The notes beneath the pieces were generated by a model. It saw only the letters and a list, made by a program, of their open reading frames with translations, was not told where the DNA came from and made no database searches. Below are positions 23,771-38,130 of a stretch of 64,000 nt of DNA, one piece after another; within the stretch, counting starts at the first letter, position 1, and each line of letters starts with the position of its first letter. A program made the translations under genes and the position numbers. The stretch comes from Pocillopora damicornis (Eukaryota), in contig NW_020844017.1 in NCBI RefSeq assembly GCF_003704095.1, positions 1-64,000 of the forward strand, written 5' to 3'.

Positions 23771-26700
23771 AAACAGACCGATGGGACCCAGCCTGTTTGT
23801 ATTGTCTTCCACCTGTATTGAGATCTCTTAAGTAAAATTAACTCCATGTCTGTCTCCAGAATCAATATTAGTACTTTGAGTTCACAGTTCCTCAATGCAT
23901 TGCAGATTATCTTCCTTTTTCATCACGTAAGTCATTTGCGTGAATCATGGAAGGAGCTGCGTTCATGCTACCAATCCCAATTAGGTTTATATGACAAGTC
24001 ATTGCTGGTCGTATATTATTCGCCTCCTTTTAAATATATTAATACTTTGACGGTCTTGATACTTCACTCTTTAGTGATATCTAGAAGATCACTAATCCCA
24101 AGTAGTGAAGGTAAATTAATTTTTTGAACCATTTGGACGAACTGTAGAGAAGAGAAATCTATTCAATTTGGGCTTTGTTAAAAAGTTACGGGGGTTTTCT
24201 GTAAAAAGAATGTCCCTCTGTGAATTTTTCCGGTTTTAGATCACGTACATCCATGGTAACGACTTTTATCTGTGGGAAGAGACTGGGACAAAGCGATTAG
24301 AAAAAACACTCTTGGTTTGTGGGAAAGGGAATATCTAAACAATCTTAAATGTACGATTTTCAGAGGTTGATATTCCGCCTAAGTTGGAATGTCTTTTCCA
24401 AAGAAGAGAGACAATCATTGTAAGGTAAAACTCAAACATTTTGTAAGATTCTAACCCTTCGCAATTCGCCTTGTAGATTCATCCGGATGATTTCACAAAC
24501 ACAACTGTAGGACGAGTTCGTGAGACCACCTTTTCGCGCTCATACCTTTTTTTTTGTACTCTTCCGGTTTAGCATGCAACGAAATCTTAGAGATGACCAT
24601 CAGCTGGCCGATGATTTTAATGAAACAATACGAGGTAAATTCAGGGTATCTCGCAACAACATAGAGCCACAATTCTATAATCCATTGTTTCTTCATAATA
24701 ATAGCGCTTTTGCGGGCTGAATGTTCACACATATATCACATCCAATACAATATTTTGTTTTAGTGATCAATCCTATTGTAGCCGAACCTCTCTATGATTT
24801 TAGAGTTGCGCCATATTGGTTGTGCGGGTGGTATGAGTTTTTATCCTCTCCAATCACAGAGCGAAGTATATTTGCCACAACCAATTGAATATGACAGTTG
24901 TTAGGGCAGAAGTGTGAAGTATTAGGGCATTTTTGATGAATTTGATGGTATTTGGAGTCAACCGGGATTAAGATTTGCGTTTTACTGCAACAGGCCACCA
25001 AAAAAAGGTATTTCATTTACCATTCGATTGAATTGGAGGTGAAACAGTCGGACGGCGTGAAAAAGCCAAGTCAACACAGGTGGAGAATGAATTAACCAAT
25101 CTCTATTAGGATTGTTTGATGACATGAATCACCATCTATCTAACTACCTCCATTGTTTTTATTTCCTTTTCTGCCTCAAAAGTCATGGAAATAAACTGAC
25201 TGCTACGCATGAGGCAATAAGCGAGAAATTTTGCATAAGACTCGCAAAGGCTTTTTTATATGAGTTCCGGTAAGGAAAAAAAAAGGATATAAAGAAAAAG
25301 TATAAAAATTAAACAAGATTACGTGATGAAAATTCTCTCCATGGAAACAGGAAACGGCAACTCTTAGATATCCAAGATGTTTGAAATTTTCTAATTTTCT
25401 AAATTCTAACCTCAAAGTAAATTTGTCATCTTAATTTTTGTCTCTAAACATTAAAAAAAAAACACACTAATAAAGCCACCACCTGATTGAATATTTTTAC
25501 AAGGCGAGCCTTTCTTCTGTTTGATTACGACAGTATTGTCCTGAAACTCAGATGAAATTGAAAAAAAGCCTTATTCGATCGTCGCTTTTGTCTTACAATT
25601 CGGACAAGTGTACAACAATAATGTTATTGTATCAGTTGTTAAAAGGAACATACACTTCCCAGAGGATCAGGTGGGTTTTCATGCATTGTGGTCGGATATT
25701 TGTGCCGCCATTCTTTAAAGGTTTTCGTGAAAATCGGGTGAAACTTTGGTCGATGGTAATCGCTTGGAGGATTGTGAGAGGTGTTCACCATCAAGAAGGC
25801 TTGCATTTGCACTGCTTGGCCTTGTAAGGTTAACAATATTCTAGATCGCAATGAAAATTTTACTGTTATTGTTTTCTACTTTTACCCTCGTATTTTTTTA
25901 TTTCATTGGTTTGGTTGTTGGTGTTACCCTCTTTGTTGTCGTTGATTTTTCCTTTAGACACGACTTCACGATTTGATCGTTTACTCGACTGTTTCTTCTA
26001 CTTTGATTTGATAAAAGTAGTATATAGGTATATACGTTTATCCAGTAGCATTAACAACTTTGCGTCTCTTATTAATCCAAGAATTTACCAAAAGGAATTT
26101 TCACCCTCTAAGGAAATCTCTTTTACATCCGAAAATCCCCTGAAGTGTGAAAGCGCCTGGGGATTTGAAAATTTACAATAAAAATAAAGTGCTTTTTCTC
26201 CTTCAGTGTTCTGTCCTTTTCATAGTCTGAATATAATATACAAATCAATAAAACGTTTTCACCTACCACAATATTTATCTGAAGATCCCTGCTGTCCAAA
26301 TGTGACGAGGCTGTAAAGTTGGAAAATGATACTATTACATCCTTTAGCTATAGACTGGATTCAATAAATCTTCATTCTGATTCTAGTTTGAGCGGTGATT
26401 GCAAATCTGAAATCATAAAATCGGCACTGGCTTAAGTTCTCTGTTAACAGCTTTGCAAATAAAAGCAAGTTTAGCGAAGCAAATCCAACTATAATCTTCA
26501 TTTCTTTGCCTTCTATTGTTAAAATTACTTAGCGATCCTTTATCCTCTTCCGACGTTATGAATATATAAATATTTGAATTTTAGAAACATGGCAGTTCAT
26601 AAAGCGTAGGAATAATAAAAATAAACAGAATTCAAAGATGTAATTTCTTCATTCCATGAAATAGAACCTTGCCTATATCAAGCAAATTGGTAAATTATTG

Positions 26701-29700
26701 TTGTGGTATCTTACAATTGAAATTTTTTTTTTTCCTTTTAATTCAGGGCTTTTTTTGGTTATTTTATATTCCGTGAATTTTATAAGATATTGTTAATCCG
26801 CAATGTGATTATCAGTTTTGAGGCTTACCTCCAAAGTATCGCGTTGTAAATATTACCGATAATAAAGCTTTTTCCTCTTCGTCTATCAAGATTTGAACGC
26901 CTTTTTCAATTTACATGGAGTAACCTTAAAATTTTATCTTCATTGAGTCCTTCGAAAAGTTATGCAAAGATTAAAAATTAAAAAAAAAAAAAAGGTAAAT
27001 AGTTGGAAAGAAGATTCGTGAAATGATCGACGTCTAGACGAAGATTTAATGAAATCTAAATATTCTATTTCCAGGTAATAATTCAAACTGAAGCACGGGA
27101 TAAGTTTTTGTCTTCCCTCGCTGATGTTCGGATCCCACGAGTTTTACTTTGATTTTCATGGCTGAAAACAGACAGATATCCTGATTTTTCCAACCACATT
27201 TATCTGTTAATGATAGGTTGAATGAATATCGTTAATAATTACCATATGAATCATATGATGACATGCCACCTTTTCAAAGTACTTGAAAATCTTCCATTTG
27301 AACCATTTAAAGAAGCTATTTCTCAGAAAATATGAGTTCTTAATCACCGCGTGATTGAAAGCTTCCGAGGAAGCTCTCGGCTTTGAAAGCAATAAACAAT
27401 TATATCATGCACTCTGAGAAGTTTTTTCCGTCTTACCATGGATGAATTAGTTCTTTTGGCAATTGGACCGCGTCGATTCTTCAAAATTAGTAGTCGAAGT
27501 GAATAGCCTGGAGCGTTCTGGCGACATGGCTGACGACAAAACCCACTTGGAATTTTTGGTAAAAGAAAAAGTATCTTTACCCATCATTAGACGGAGGTTA
27601 TCATAGTTATCGCAGAACTAATCTAGCCACGACAAGCCACGGAAAATCAAAAGATTCTATGTTTAATTAGAAGTGACATTATCGAAGTACACTCGCCCGT
27701 CAAATGGGAGAAAATGATACGTGTAATGTACAAAAAAAATCACAGTTTCTTCAACAAATTCGAAGGCCTCGTATTCATTCAAATCAACACGAAACTTGAC
27801 GAGTTTATTTACATGATCATTTGTTTACTCATATGTCCTAATTTTTCAGTCGTTTTTCGGATATCAGTTTGGACTTATTGCGCTGTAAAAAGACAGCTTT
27901 CAAAATCACATCTGTTATTTTGTTTTTTAGGCTACATGGAACATTATTTGTCTTCCGAATTAAAAACAAAACAAAATACATGATGCGTGGTTCCAAAAAG
28001 TGGAATGTTTTTTTTTTTTTGTTGAGAAAATATATTTAGAATATCGGAGAGCTAATCTTACCTGACTCTGTTAATTGCCAACGCTGTCTTGTTGAAGTCT
28101 TTTATCGAGATGGCGCACTGGTGTTTAGGGTTTAGGCGTCACGGTTGAACATAAATACAGCAATGTATACAACAGAACTGCCTTTAATCCGCTCTCAGAA
28201 TTGTTTGGAATAAATTATGTCTGATGCCTCATCAACTGAGGTAGAGAAAAGACATCATTAGCATGCAATTACATACTGCTATTGACGCATCGCCAAAAAA
28301 GTTATTATGGCCAATAATTTGTGGGATTCTTTTCATAAGGAAATCTCCAGGAAAACATCATCTCACGTTGTTCCCGAATTTCAAAAGAATTGACACGAGG
28401 GAATGTGTTTTGAAATCTAACTTTAAGCATATTTTTGTATAATATTTATACTAAGTTTGAAAAAATTATTATCATTATTCCTCCGGAAGACTGCAATATT
28501 TTTACTAATTATAATACTTGTTATGCGTTACCAAAGGTATGTAGCCGGTCGCTCAATTTCACAGGCCACACTCAGAATAAAAACAAAATAATATTCTATA
28601 GCACATAAAAGATAAAGTTAAGGTTTCTATTTGGCTACAAATTCATATTTTACCAAACAATGTAATCTTTCTACAATTCCCTAATAGGACGATTCTAAAT
28701 CTTTAAAATCGCACGCAGCAAGTCGTAAGGTCGTCCAAAAAGCTTGAATCGGCTACTTTTCTACGTATTAAATTTACCACAAAAATTCCCTGTTTTGTAA
28801 CTTCACTTATTAGGGATGATGTGTTGAAAAGAAATGTTGGAAATGGAAGTTTTTGCTATCAATTGAATGTGGTAAGACATATCTACTGAAAATCTAACGA
28901 CTTGAATTTTTAAAATAAATCTTGATTTGCTCTTATAAAAGAAGGCTAACATGTTTTTCACGTTAATTAATGTAATTTATTCAGTTTTTTTGCAGTAAAT
29001 TGCCTATCGTATTTTTTTTTAAAAATTAGAACATCACACACTGCGATTTTATATTTTTTAACTGAACCGAGAGTTTCAACACTTCGTGTACAAAAACACT
29101 GTGTAAATATACTTTATGGAAATTTACACCGCTCTTACTAGTTTCGTGCAGTTCGGGTGAAAACTCCTGCTTAAAAAAACATCATTAGGGTGAAGTTTTT
29201 CATGTTGCGCAAAAAGGAAAGATTATCCTTGGAAATCTCACAACAAAGGGTCAATTCACACCTCATTGAATTCTGAGTCTAATGGTTCGTCCCTTTATTT
29301 CGTTTATAATCATGATAAATTGTTTCCGTTGATAAGAGAGGCCGGCATACGCTACAGCAAGCTTCGTCAAGATAATAACTTAAACTTGAGGACTGAATAC
29401 AAGCGATCATGTAGAATTTCTTTAACTCTTATCAGAGTTATCTTTTCCGAGACAATACTCGTAATGATTTATGGAAAAAATTAAAACCGAGAAAAGATTT
29501 CCCACGTTGGTGATAAAACCTAAAGACGTGATATGTTTTAATAAATTCTCTTGACAATTCGTATTTCAAGTGTACATTTTGAATAAATTACCAGGGCTGT
29601 GAACTTGTAATACCCTCCCTGGTCTTCCTTGGACAACATGAACTTATTTTCAAGTCATATTCCAGACAAATAAAAAAGAAATTCTACAATGTATTTATTG

Positions 29701-32516
29701 GCGCAGCCTCCTTTTCAAAGAAGAATCAATTTTTCATAAAGTACATTAAAACATTCGTCAATTTTTAAAATTTTAGCGGAAAGTGACGACAGCAACAATT
29801 TCCTCTAATCACTTTGAAATTTCAACAAATTTGGGAAAGTAATCCAAGAAATCAAAGGAAAATTTTTAAACAAGCAGAAAATGTTATCATTTTAATGTGA
29901 TTTCTTACCCTGCTCTTTATTTCGTAATGTTCATTTTTGTTTTGACAAACGGAGTCGAAGATGGAAGCATTATTCATACAATAATCTCTTTTGAAATTGC
30001 TGCCAGCAACAACCATGAATAGCCAAACCATTCTGTAATAAATGGATTATTCATCGACACTAGCCACCAAATATAATTCTAATCGAAATTTCAGCAATTC
30101 CAATTTTCTTCAGTGGGCAGATCTAAGATGTTTTCGTTTTCATGACCGTCCTGGCATGGGTTTTCGGTATCTTTATTATTGTCCATGTTTAAGAGCATGA
30201 TTCATGAGTTTAGGCAATATTTGATTGTCACTATTTGGAAAATTTAACACATTTTTCTTAACCTGAGTCGAGGAAAAAAATGAAATTAAGATATAGAATT
30301 CTCCTATACAAGTTTCACAAAAAATGAAGTTTAAGATGTATTTCAGATTGTAGAAAGAAAAAGAAAGAGACAAAAGATTTTGGTCTTAATAAACTAGTCC
30401 GTCTGCCTTCAGATATATCTCTATTGGGGGTGAATGCCCCCATTTATTGCAAATGATGTGCTCAAGTAATTCAAACAGACTGTTGAAGTTAACCACCCAA
30501 TCAGGATACGAGGACATAAGTGATCCATTCCAATTGTGAATCCTTTTATTACTGAGGAAACAAGCCAAGAAAAGCCGTTTACCTTTTCTTCGGGACTTTA
30601 CGGCGATGTTTTCCTTGCTGTGATCCACAGAAACTTTGGAATAAACTCTTTTTTTTAAAATTTTGCTCAAAATTCCTTTGTCAAACAGAAATTTACGCGT
30701 ACGAAATGGACGTGCCTCTTATCAAGACAATAACAAGACCATGTAATTATGCAGATCCCAGATCTTTGAAAATGAAGCGGATTATCAAGGAGCTTTTTAA
30801 GGAACAGCGAACACAAACTCCTGAGAAAGCCGGTAAATTACCAATTTTATGCCGAAATCACAACAAGGTATTCTCCAATTACTTGTAATTTGAATAGAGC
30901 CAATGCAAAGATTTCATCAACTATTCTGCCCTTATATAAATTCGTGACCTTCTTTCACGTTTTAGCACAAAGGGAAAGTTAAGGAGAAATGTTTGATCTA
31001 CGTGACGATAGCTTTTAACCCAAATAAACGCAGCTGCCGGAGGTTAAGACTTTAAGAAAATACTTCAACGAAGTAATTTTTCTTATCCTTACGTAAACAT
31101 AAGTTGACCGAGGTTAAACGTTTTGTAATGAGGATCATTCATACCATAAACCTTCAGCTACGTGGCTGTTCTTCTTTTCCTGGTAACAGCTCAGAATAAT
31201 CTTAGGCAAAGAATCTTTGATGACAAAGATTACAAACACACCTTTAAAACAGTTCCACTTTAGACCTCAGAGCTTCGTGTCATCTCTTAGGCCGGGAGCC
31301 CATTAGACTTAAAAGCGAGAAAATGAAAACCATCTCGTTGGTTCTAATTTAAAAGCTACAATTTACGCCTCTATTGAACTCTATTGTAAAGGGTCTTAAT
31401 AGGTGTCATTTTCAAGGTCAATTCAAAAACACATTTCTTTTGATAAGAACACTAGTATCTGCTAACGCTATCTTCATTCGTAATAATTTTAACACTGTTA
31501 AGCGCAGCTTCGCACACCATACCGAATCCTCATCACAACGTTTCTTGGAAAGTGACCGTTAATCATAAAATAACATTTTAAAAAACGTTTCGGAGACAAG
31601 TGTCTCCACAGAATAGTATTTATCATCCAAACAACGAAAACTGATGAATTTTTAAAAATAATAAAATTGACTTAGGCAAAGGAAATGTGGGTTTTCTGCG
31701 GTTTTCAGGTGTGCTTTTTTGATCCCGCTTAGCTCTCATTTTTTTCACTAATGAGTCAGACAGCGCCCAGATATAACACTTCAAGATAGTAATCGAGATT
31801 GCAAGAGTGGTATGATAGATAAAAGGGTGATATTCTTGAAAATCATGGCTGGAGAACAAATGAAATTGCTTGAAAGTTAAATTTGGAGGTGCATTTTTAA
31901 TCGGCGCGCGCTAGTCGAGTCTTTACAATAACGCTTTCAGCATTTAACTCTACAAACACGGCGCATCCAAAATTCAAAAAAATTCAAGAGTTTTATTCAA
32001 CAAGTTATCCTCTTTTTTTTCTGGTAAAAGGTGTTCTTTATTTACAGGCAGTGGACGCCTAGAACTAGTTTTTTTCTTGTTATTGACTATTTAGGCAGAA
32101 CCCTTTTTAAGAATAAGTATATAAGTTACTTGCGACATAAATAAAAAAGGTATTTCCAAAAACGAGCCGATTTACTTTCACTGTCATCTGTTAAGCCATT
32201 TTCAATCGTGCTCTTCTCATGCCAGTTAAAGGTGATAAATAAGTACAGATATCTCTGTGCTTTGCAGGTGTGATGTGGGTTTTGATTAATCTACTTGGGT
32301 TCCCTTGAGAACAAAAATGACTGTGTGCCAAGTCAGAGTCTTTAATGTGGACATGGGTAGAAGGGATAAAGTTAAATGAAATGGTTTGAAGAGAAATTGA
32401 ATTACGGAGAGAGCCAAGTGCTAGTAAATTTTGAATCAAAACAATAAATAGGAACAAAGTTATTCTTCTAGCAATTGCAAGTGCAAGGCATTAGGACGGT
32501 CTCCATTAGATGGCTA

Positions 32517-32680
32517 TTAACCTTATAACTCCCATGAATGACCAAAACTGAATTTCTCCTCACAATTCCGAAACAGGCAGATGAGTGATGAGAATCAAGG
32601 AAATATCATCTAGGGAATTATCAGTTGATCCAATACCAAATTCTTCAAAATAACATCGTAAGAATTGTATGGAAGACAAA
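32517..32680. mobile_element. TTAA-MITE family copy
   Basis: Begins TTAACCTTATAACTCCCATGAATGACCA..GAATTTCTCCT, homologous to 42573-42745. Confidence 0.65.
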
Positions 32681-32927
32681 TTTGCAAATTTCATAACTGC
32701 TAGTTCACATTCAAATGGTCTCAGACTCAATTTCTCTAGATTAAGCCAAGTTTATGTAAAATTATAATTGTAACTTTTGCTGAAAAGTACCTGCTACAGT
32801 AGATTGCATTTGTAATGAAACGACAATTCCTTATATTTTTGAAACAATTCAACGGGTTCGTTTTGGAAATAAGATGACCATGAAAATTCCTCAGATAATT
32901 AAAGATCGCCTTTGTTAACAAAAAAAA

Positions 32928-35900
32928 CTATGCCTTTCTGTTTCTGATATACTCTGCAATTGATTTATGGCATCCTACCAAAGAATTAAGGATAAATTTG
33001 AACAACCGCCACAGGACAAAGACTACAATCATAAGAGCAAGTGCCAGGGGAACTGCTCCCAAGATGATGATTTCCACGATATGTAGCACAGTCATACAAA
33101 TCTGTTCCTGCGCTGAAAGACCCTCTCCATTGATACCAAGTGCTAAATCAGCCATGTTTATGATCGCCAATAGAAGAAGAGCCGCCAATGATGCTGTTTC
33201 CGCATGATTAACACGTGAGTCCTGGAATGGCTTTTTCCAAATATGGTAGGCAAGAATAGCAGCACACGTGATACTTAAACATACAATCCTTATGAAAGGG
33301 AAAACAATAAAAGTGTGGAGGCAGATCATAACCAAACGTCGAGCGATTAAAACGCTTTCCCAGTACACTGCACCAGCACCGCGGTCGTCGTAAGATTTCC
33401 TGAAAGGGCCATAAAGAACATCTTCTACCATGCTACATGATTTTGCTTGACATTGGTTGAGAGATTCGTCAAAAGAGGAAGACTTCTCAGCACTGTTCAA
33501 TGAGTCTGAAACCCGAAGAAGTGAAGATGTCTCTTCGCTTCTGATAACTATGGCTCCTGAATCTTTGCAAATCCTCCTGTATTTAACGACCCACATTACA
33601 GCGAAAGGCAAAGGAAAGGTGCAACCACATACAAACTGCCCAGAGGATATTGATTTATTGTTAAGCAAATGAGATCCAAGGTACAAGACTAAGACAAATG
33701 GAATAATGAAAACAGTAAGAAACAGTCCGCAAAGTTTCTGCCACCAACACCAGCACTGGACATTTCCATCATAAAAAAAGCGGAGCGTTGATTGAATTTC
33801 AACGCAGTTCAAGGCTTTAAGTGCTCCCCTCGCTAGTGCTGAATAGCCAAGGAGAAGACATTCTGTTGTGGCACTCAGATACTGACCAGAGGGGGGAAAA
33901 GACGGAGATTGTTTATTTATTTTCCTAAGTGCTCCATGAAAAAGGAAAATGATTAGGACACAGAATAGCACAACAAGGACTTGAGAGGCCTCCAAGAATA
34001 TTTTCAAAGTGACTGTGAGTCCACGAATTGGACAGATCAGTGCGTTACTCGAAGAGATAGCTTTAAAGTCGAACCAACCAATTATTGGAGTCAACAAGTA
34101 GTTGTCCTCTAAATGGATCTTAAAGGCTTCCGACATGAATACTAAATTGGCCACCTGATAAAAATAGAAGACTACCTTGATGTATCCACCACCGTTTGAG
34201 GAAGAGGGTGAAGTGCTACTTGCTTGTGTTGTTCTTTTCCATGGCAATAGCCGTTGAATAAGACATATGACTGGATACTTCCAAACAAGGAGGAAAGCAA
34301 ATGTCAAGCTGTAGAAAAAGACGACAAGCCAGAACCAGTAGTCTGCACACTCATCATTGGTTTGACATCGTGAAGAGAAAAGAGTTTCTGTGTAATCAGA
34401 CTTACATTGTCCACAGAGAAACCCAGTACGGTTTCCAGAACAGCCTGAAGACAAATAATTCTGGTTATCATAGGGACAGCTGATGTTTCGATAGGGACAA
34501 CAGTAACCCATCGGACACTCTTTAAAGCCGACAGTGCCGTGATCCGACAACAAAGGAAATCCCCAAAATGTAGGTTTCGCGGCAATATCAGTTGTACAGT
34601 TTCCACCAAATGGGCACGGTCGACACTTTTTGGCAAACGGCTCTACACTGTAGAAACCTGGAGAACATCGTTTGCAACTGAAAATAAAGGACTCTGACTT
34701 GGTGTTAAAAAAGCCGTCAGGACAAGCTTTGTTTGAAACGATACGAGAATGATCGAGATTTACCTCTTTTTTCAATGTTCCAACTGGACACTGAATGACC
34801 GATGTATCATCCATCTTTGCTTTGCTTGCCCCCGCGACCATAACATAAACATCGATGTCCTGAGAGGACTCAACGGAGAGAGTCGTGTTTAATAGATTGA
34901 TTGGTCCTGAACTCGCCCAGTATATGAATCCTGTAAAGGAAGGAGTCACAACTTCTCCATGGATGGTCACTCCATTTTGCCATGTTTTCGTCTGATCAAA
35001 AGATGTGTCGACCAAGTCAAGACTGGTTGAGCCCTCTGAACCAAATAGAGTGTAAGTAGCTGAATTGTCTACAAATCGAACGTTTCTGAGGTTATTGTAG
35101 CCGTTTTCCAAATGCAGGACCGAGGTATCGGCGCTATTTTTGTCAAAGCCAACATTAACGAGTTGGATGTAGTTTTTGTAGATCCATCTTGGAATTTTAC
35201 ACGCCAGAGGATCTTTTTCGTCGGGCGATAATCGAAAGCGTAAGATCCTGCCTTGTATGAAATTGTGTTTAAAGGTTGCCTCTTCCATCTTTACCTTATT
35301 TCCTTCTTTTTCAATATAGAAGAAGACCAACGCTAAGCTTCGGAGAACAGAACTTTCAAACTCATTTGCCGAGAACACTACGTTTCTTATTACAAGTTGG
35401 GCGCCTGTAGACGCCCTAATATCCATGGAGAAATATTGGTTGCTTTCAAAGATCGACTGCGCCAGGGAAAATGTTGAGTTACTTGCTTCATCTGAGCCCA
35501 ATTTAAAAAGCATTCCTCCTCCACTATTGTTTGTGTACAACAAGTCAGTTATGGTTATATTTGCTTTATAAGTTGCGCTCGCGAAGAAATTTACCGGCTT
35601 TCCTGCCAATGTATCATTATAAGCTGTAGTAGGTCTCCCGATATTTTCGGAGAAGTTGGATCTGATTAGGGTGAACTTTAGATGAACGGAGAAAATAAGA
35701 ATGGTTGTCCAGATGTAATGGGAACGTTTATCCTGTGAATTTCCATGGAAATTGCAATCAACAATCGTTACATCTGAATATGAAGCATCCAAGTATAGCG
35801 TTGAGCTTCCCATGTCAACCTTATTATGCAAAAACGAAGCATTCACTAAATTGATTTGAAGGTTAGCAGGCTCTACGGAAACTGTTAGAGTACCACCCAA

Positions 35901-37081
35901 GAGAGAATCCTCGATAAAATTAGGTTTTCGTAGGATGTTTTTTTGAAAAAGAACATTTTCAATCAGAATAAAACCTTTAGCTGCTTTAAAATCAACTGCT
36001 AGGATGTATATCGCTGAGCCATCATTTTTTGCGCTATTTTCCACAAATTTGCACTCTTTAATTTGCAGGTAAAATTTACGGCTGCTCTCAACCAGCATGG
36101 CCCCTCCACTTAGCGGAGAACTATTATTGGTAAAGTCACAATGCACGGCAGAAATATTTACGAGGCCTAACTTCCCGCCAACAAAGACTGCTCCCCCGAC
36201 ATTATGAAGAAACCTTCCTTTGGCCACAGACACGGAAACGTATCCCCACGTTGAATGAAAAGAGTTATGATCTCCAGAATGCGCTTGCGAAATATGGCCC
36301 AAGTACTTAGTTTCTCTGAAATACCTCACTCTACCGCTCACGTTATCAACATTTTTGACTTGCAAACATCCTCCGTTCGGCGCAAAGTTTCTTATGAAGG
36401 AGACATTGTAAAATGTCATAAACGTAGCACACCTTATGATACATGATACCGAAACCATGAACACGGCCACGTCCACCATTTTCACTTTACCTTCCCACGA
36501 TGCGTTATTCTCGCTAAACACCGTATCAAGAACTTCTAGTCTGAGGTAATTCCCAATGACACGGACACAAGGAAGAGAATTGTTGCTGAAAACAGATTTG
36601 GCGATAAGCAAAGAATGGTTCCCATTGAATGTCTTAAAATCAACAACGGCCGATGCGTTTGATAACGATTTAGCACCGATGAAATTACAATTTTTAACAT
36701 AAAGCGAGCTCATCCTAGCCGCGATAGAGCTATCAATAAAAGCAATTCCATCCAGGTAAATAATCACCTTGTCCGATGTGTTTCTGCCATCTAAGGTAAT
36801 TCGCCTCAAAGATGAGCATCTAATGAATACCTTATCTTTGCCGAATCGTCTCAAGGATAAACTTTTGTTGACGTAAATTCCATCTAGCTGCGACGTCGTC
36901 GGTAAGCATGGGTATGGATCACGTGATGTCTCAGTGCCATCAATATAGATAGTATCGTTCCACTGTGCATGTGCAATACCAAGAGCAATAAATTTACATG
37001 CTGTCTTCATTGTTTCACCACAAGAAGGCTGATTGTTACCATGATAGCGAGAGACATAAATTTCTTTACTGACAACCGGCA
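32928..37081 (-). CDS. Large uncharacterised multipass cell-surface protein (beta-helix/Pmp-like repeats, Cys-rich stalk, about 9-10 hydrophobic segments), exon 2 of 2
   Basis: 4154-nt uninterrupted frame after a strong acceptor TTTCTTTCCGTTTTTCGTAG|, phase 1. Repeated FxxN and GGA/GSA motifs, many NxS/T sequons, CxxC-rich region (CKRCSPGFYS, CPMGYCC, CSGNRTGFLCGQC) and a hydrophobic C-terminal third. Confidence 0.92.
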
Positions 37082-37603
37082 CTACGAAAAACGGAAAGAA
37101 AGGCGAAAAATTACCATCACTGAAAACAGCCTCAAAACTCGGACACGGCTGTCCTGCACAAATTGAAATTACATTTTATTTCCTGCTTTTGTCACGCAAC
37201 GTGCCGTGTGACAGGACAAGGATACTATGCAATAATCGATGATCTATCCATTCGCTTTTCAATGTGGCAAAAATGTTGCGAAAGAACCGCTGCACCCCAC
37301 TTACGGCCTTATTAAAGAAAATATAGAATATGACAAGATGTTTGTATATAGTTAGACAGAATCATGATTCTGCTGAGTCGTTTCAGAAACCGAAAGTGAG
37401 GCGATGCAAATTGACGGTACGATAAATTACATCTCGCAATGATCGTGTTATCTTCCCGTAGTATACCGTCTTGATCCTGTGGCTATATATACTTCATGAT
37501 CTAAGGATACCATTAAAGTACAGATGATTAATTCTTAGAGGGATGTAGGACCCACATCGGTCCATTACCGAAACGTTGTTACCGCTGACTCTAATTAACT
37601 TAC

Positions 37604-37679
37604 TTGTATGGAGAATGCACAGGATCAAAATAAGTAGGTTGAAAATGTGACTAATCGACAAAGTTTCCAGAGTTCTCAT
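37604..37679 (-). CDS. Signal-peptide exon 1 of the 1409-aa protein
   Basis: ATG at 37679 encodes MRTLETLSISHIFNLLILILCILHT. The donor A|GTAAG is phase 1 and joins in frame to exon 2 (..HT-M-PVVSKEIYVS), giving a plausible signal peptide. Confidence 0.8.
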
Positions 37680-37939
37680 AATCACAGACCAATTGGATCA
37701 CTAGTTCGACGAAAGTTCCGGCCTCTAGTGACTGTTCTGTTTGATCAGACCTGAACGTAGTGCGCAAACTCTGTAGTTTTTAGGACCATTATCGGTCACA
37801 CAATGTGTTTCTTACGACATATTTCTCGTCATGGTCAAATCAATAAATTTAAAAATCCATCAATTTTTCTCATTTAACTTACGAAGATATTACAGTCGAT
37901 GGTTTGAAAAAGGCCAGGTGTAATATTTCATCATGTAGT

Positions 37940-38130
37940 CTGATCGGTCGGGTGTGAGTAGCACTGAAAAGAACAGTTTCTGGTTGTAGTGACTGACGTT
38001 TCAAGGACGTAAGCGGAAGTCATCATGAGGGTAAAGTGACTTCCGCTAAGGTTGTTGGGTTGTAAGGTTGTTGTCCTCACTACTACCCACTACAGTCCTC
38101 CTTGGGATTACTCCCGCCAGGCCTGTCAGG
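37940..38130. repeat. Degenerate interspersed repeat with internal inverted repeat
   Basis: AGCGGAAGTCA ... TGACTTCCGCT hairpin arms at about 38011-38047. It resembles Penelope-derived repeats, an assignment from memory and unverified. Confidence 0.45.

Noticed and set aside
32928-37081. Bacterial contamination or recent HGT of a chlamydial Pmp autotransporter
   Set aside because: The gene has a spliceosomal intron, a eukaryotic signal peptide, many N-glycosylation sequons and alpha-helical TMs rather than a C-terminal beta-barrel, and it sits among animal genes.
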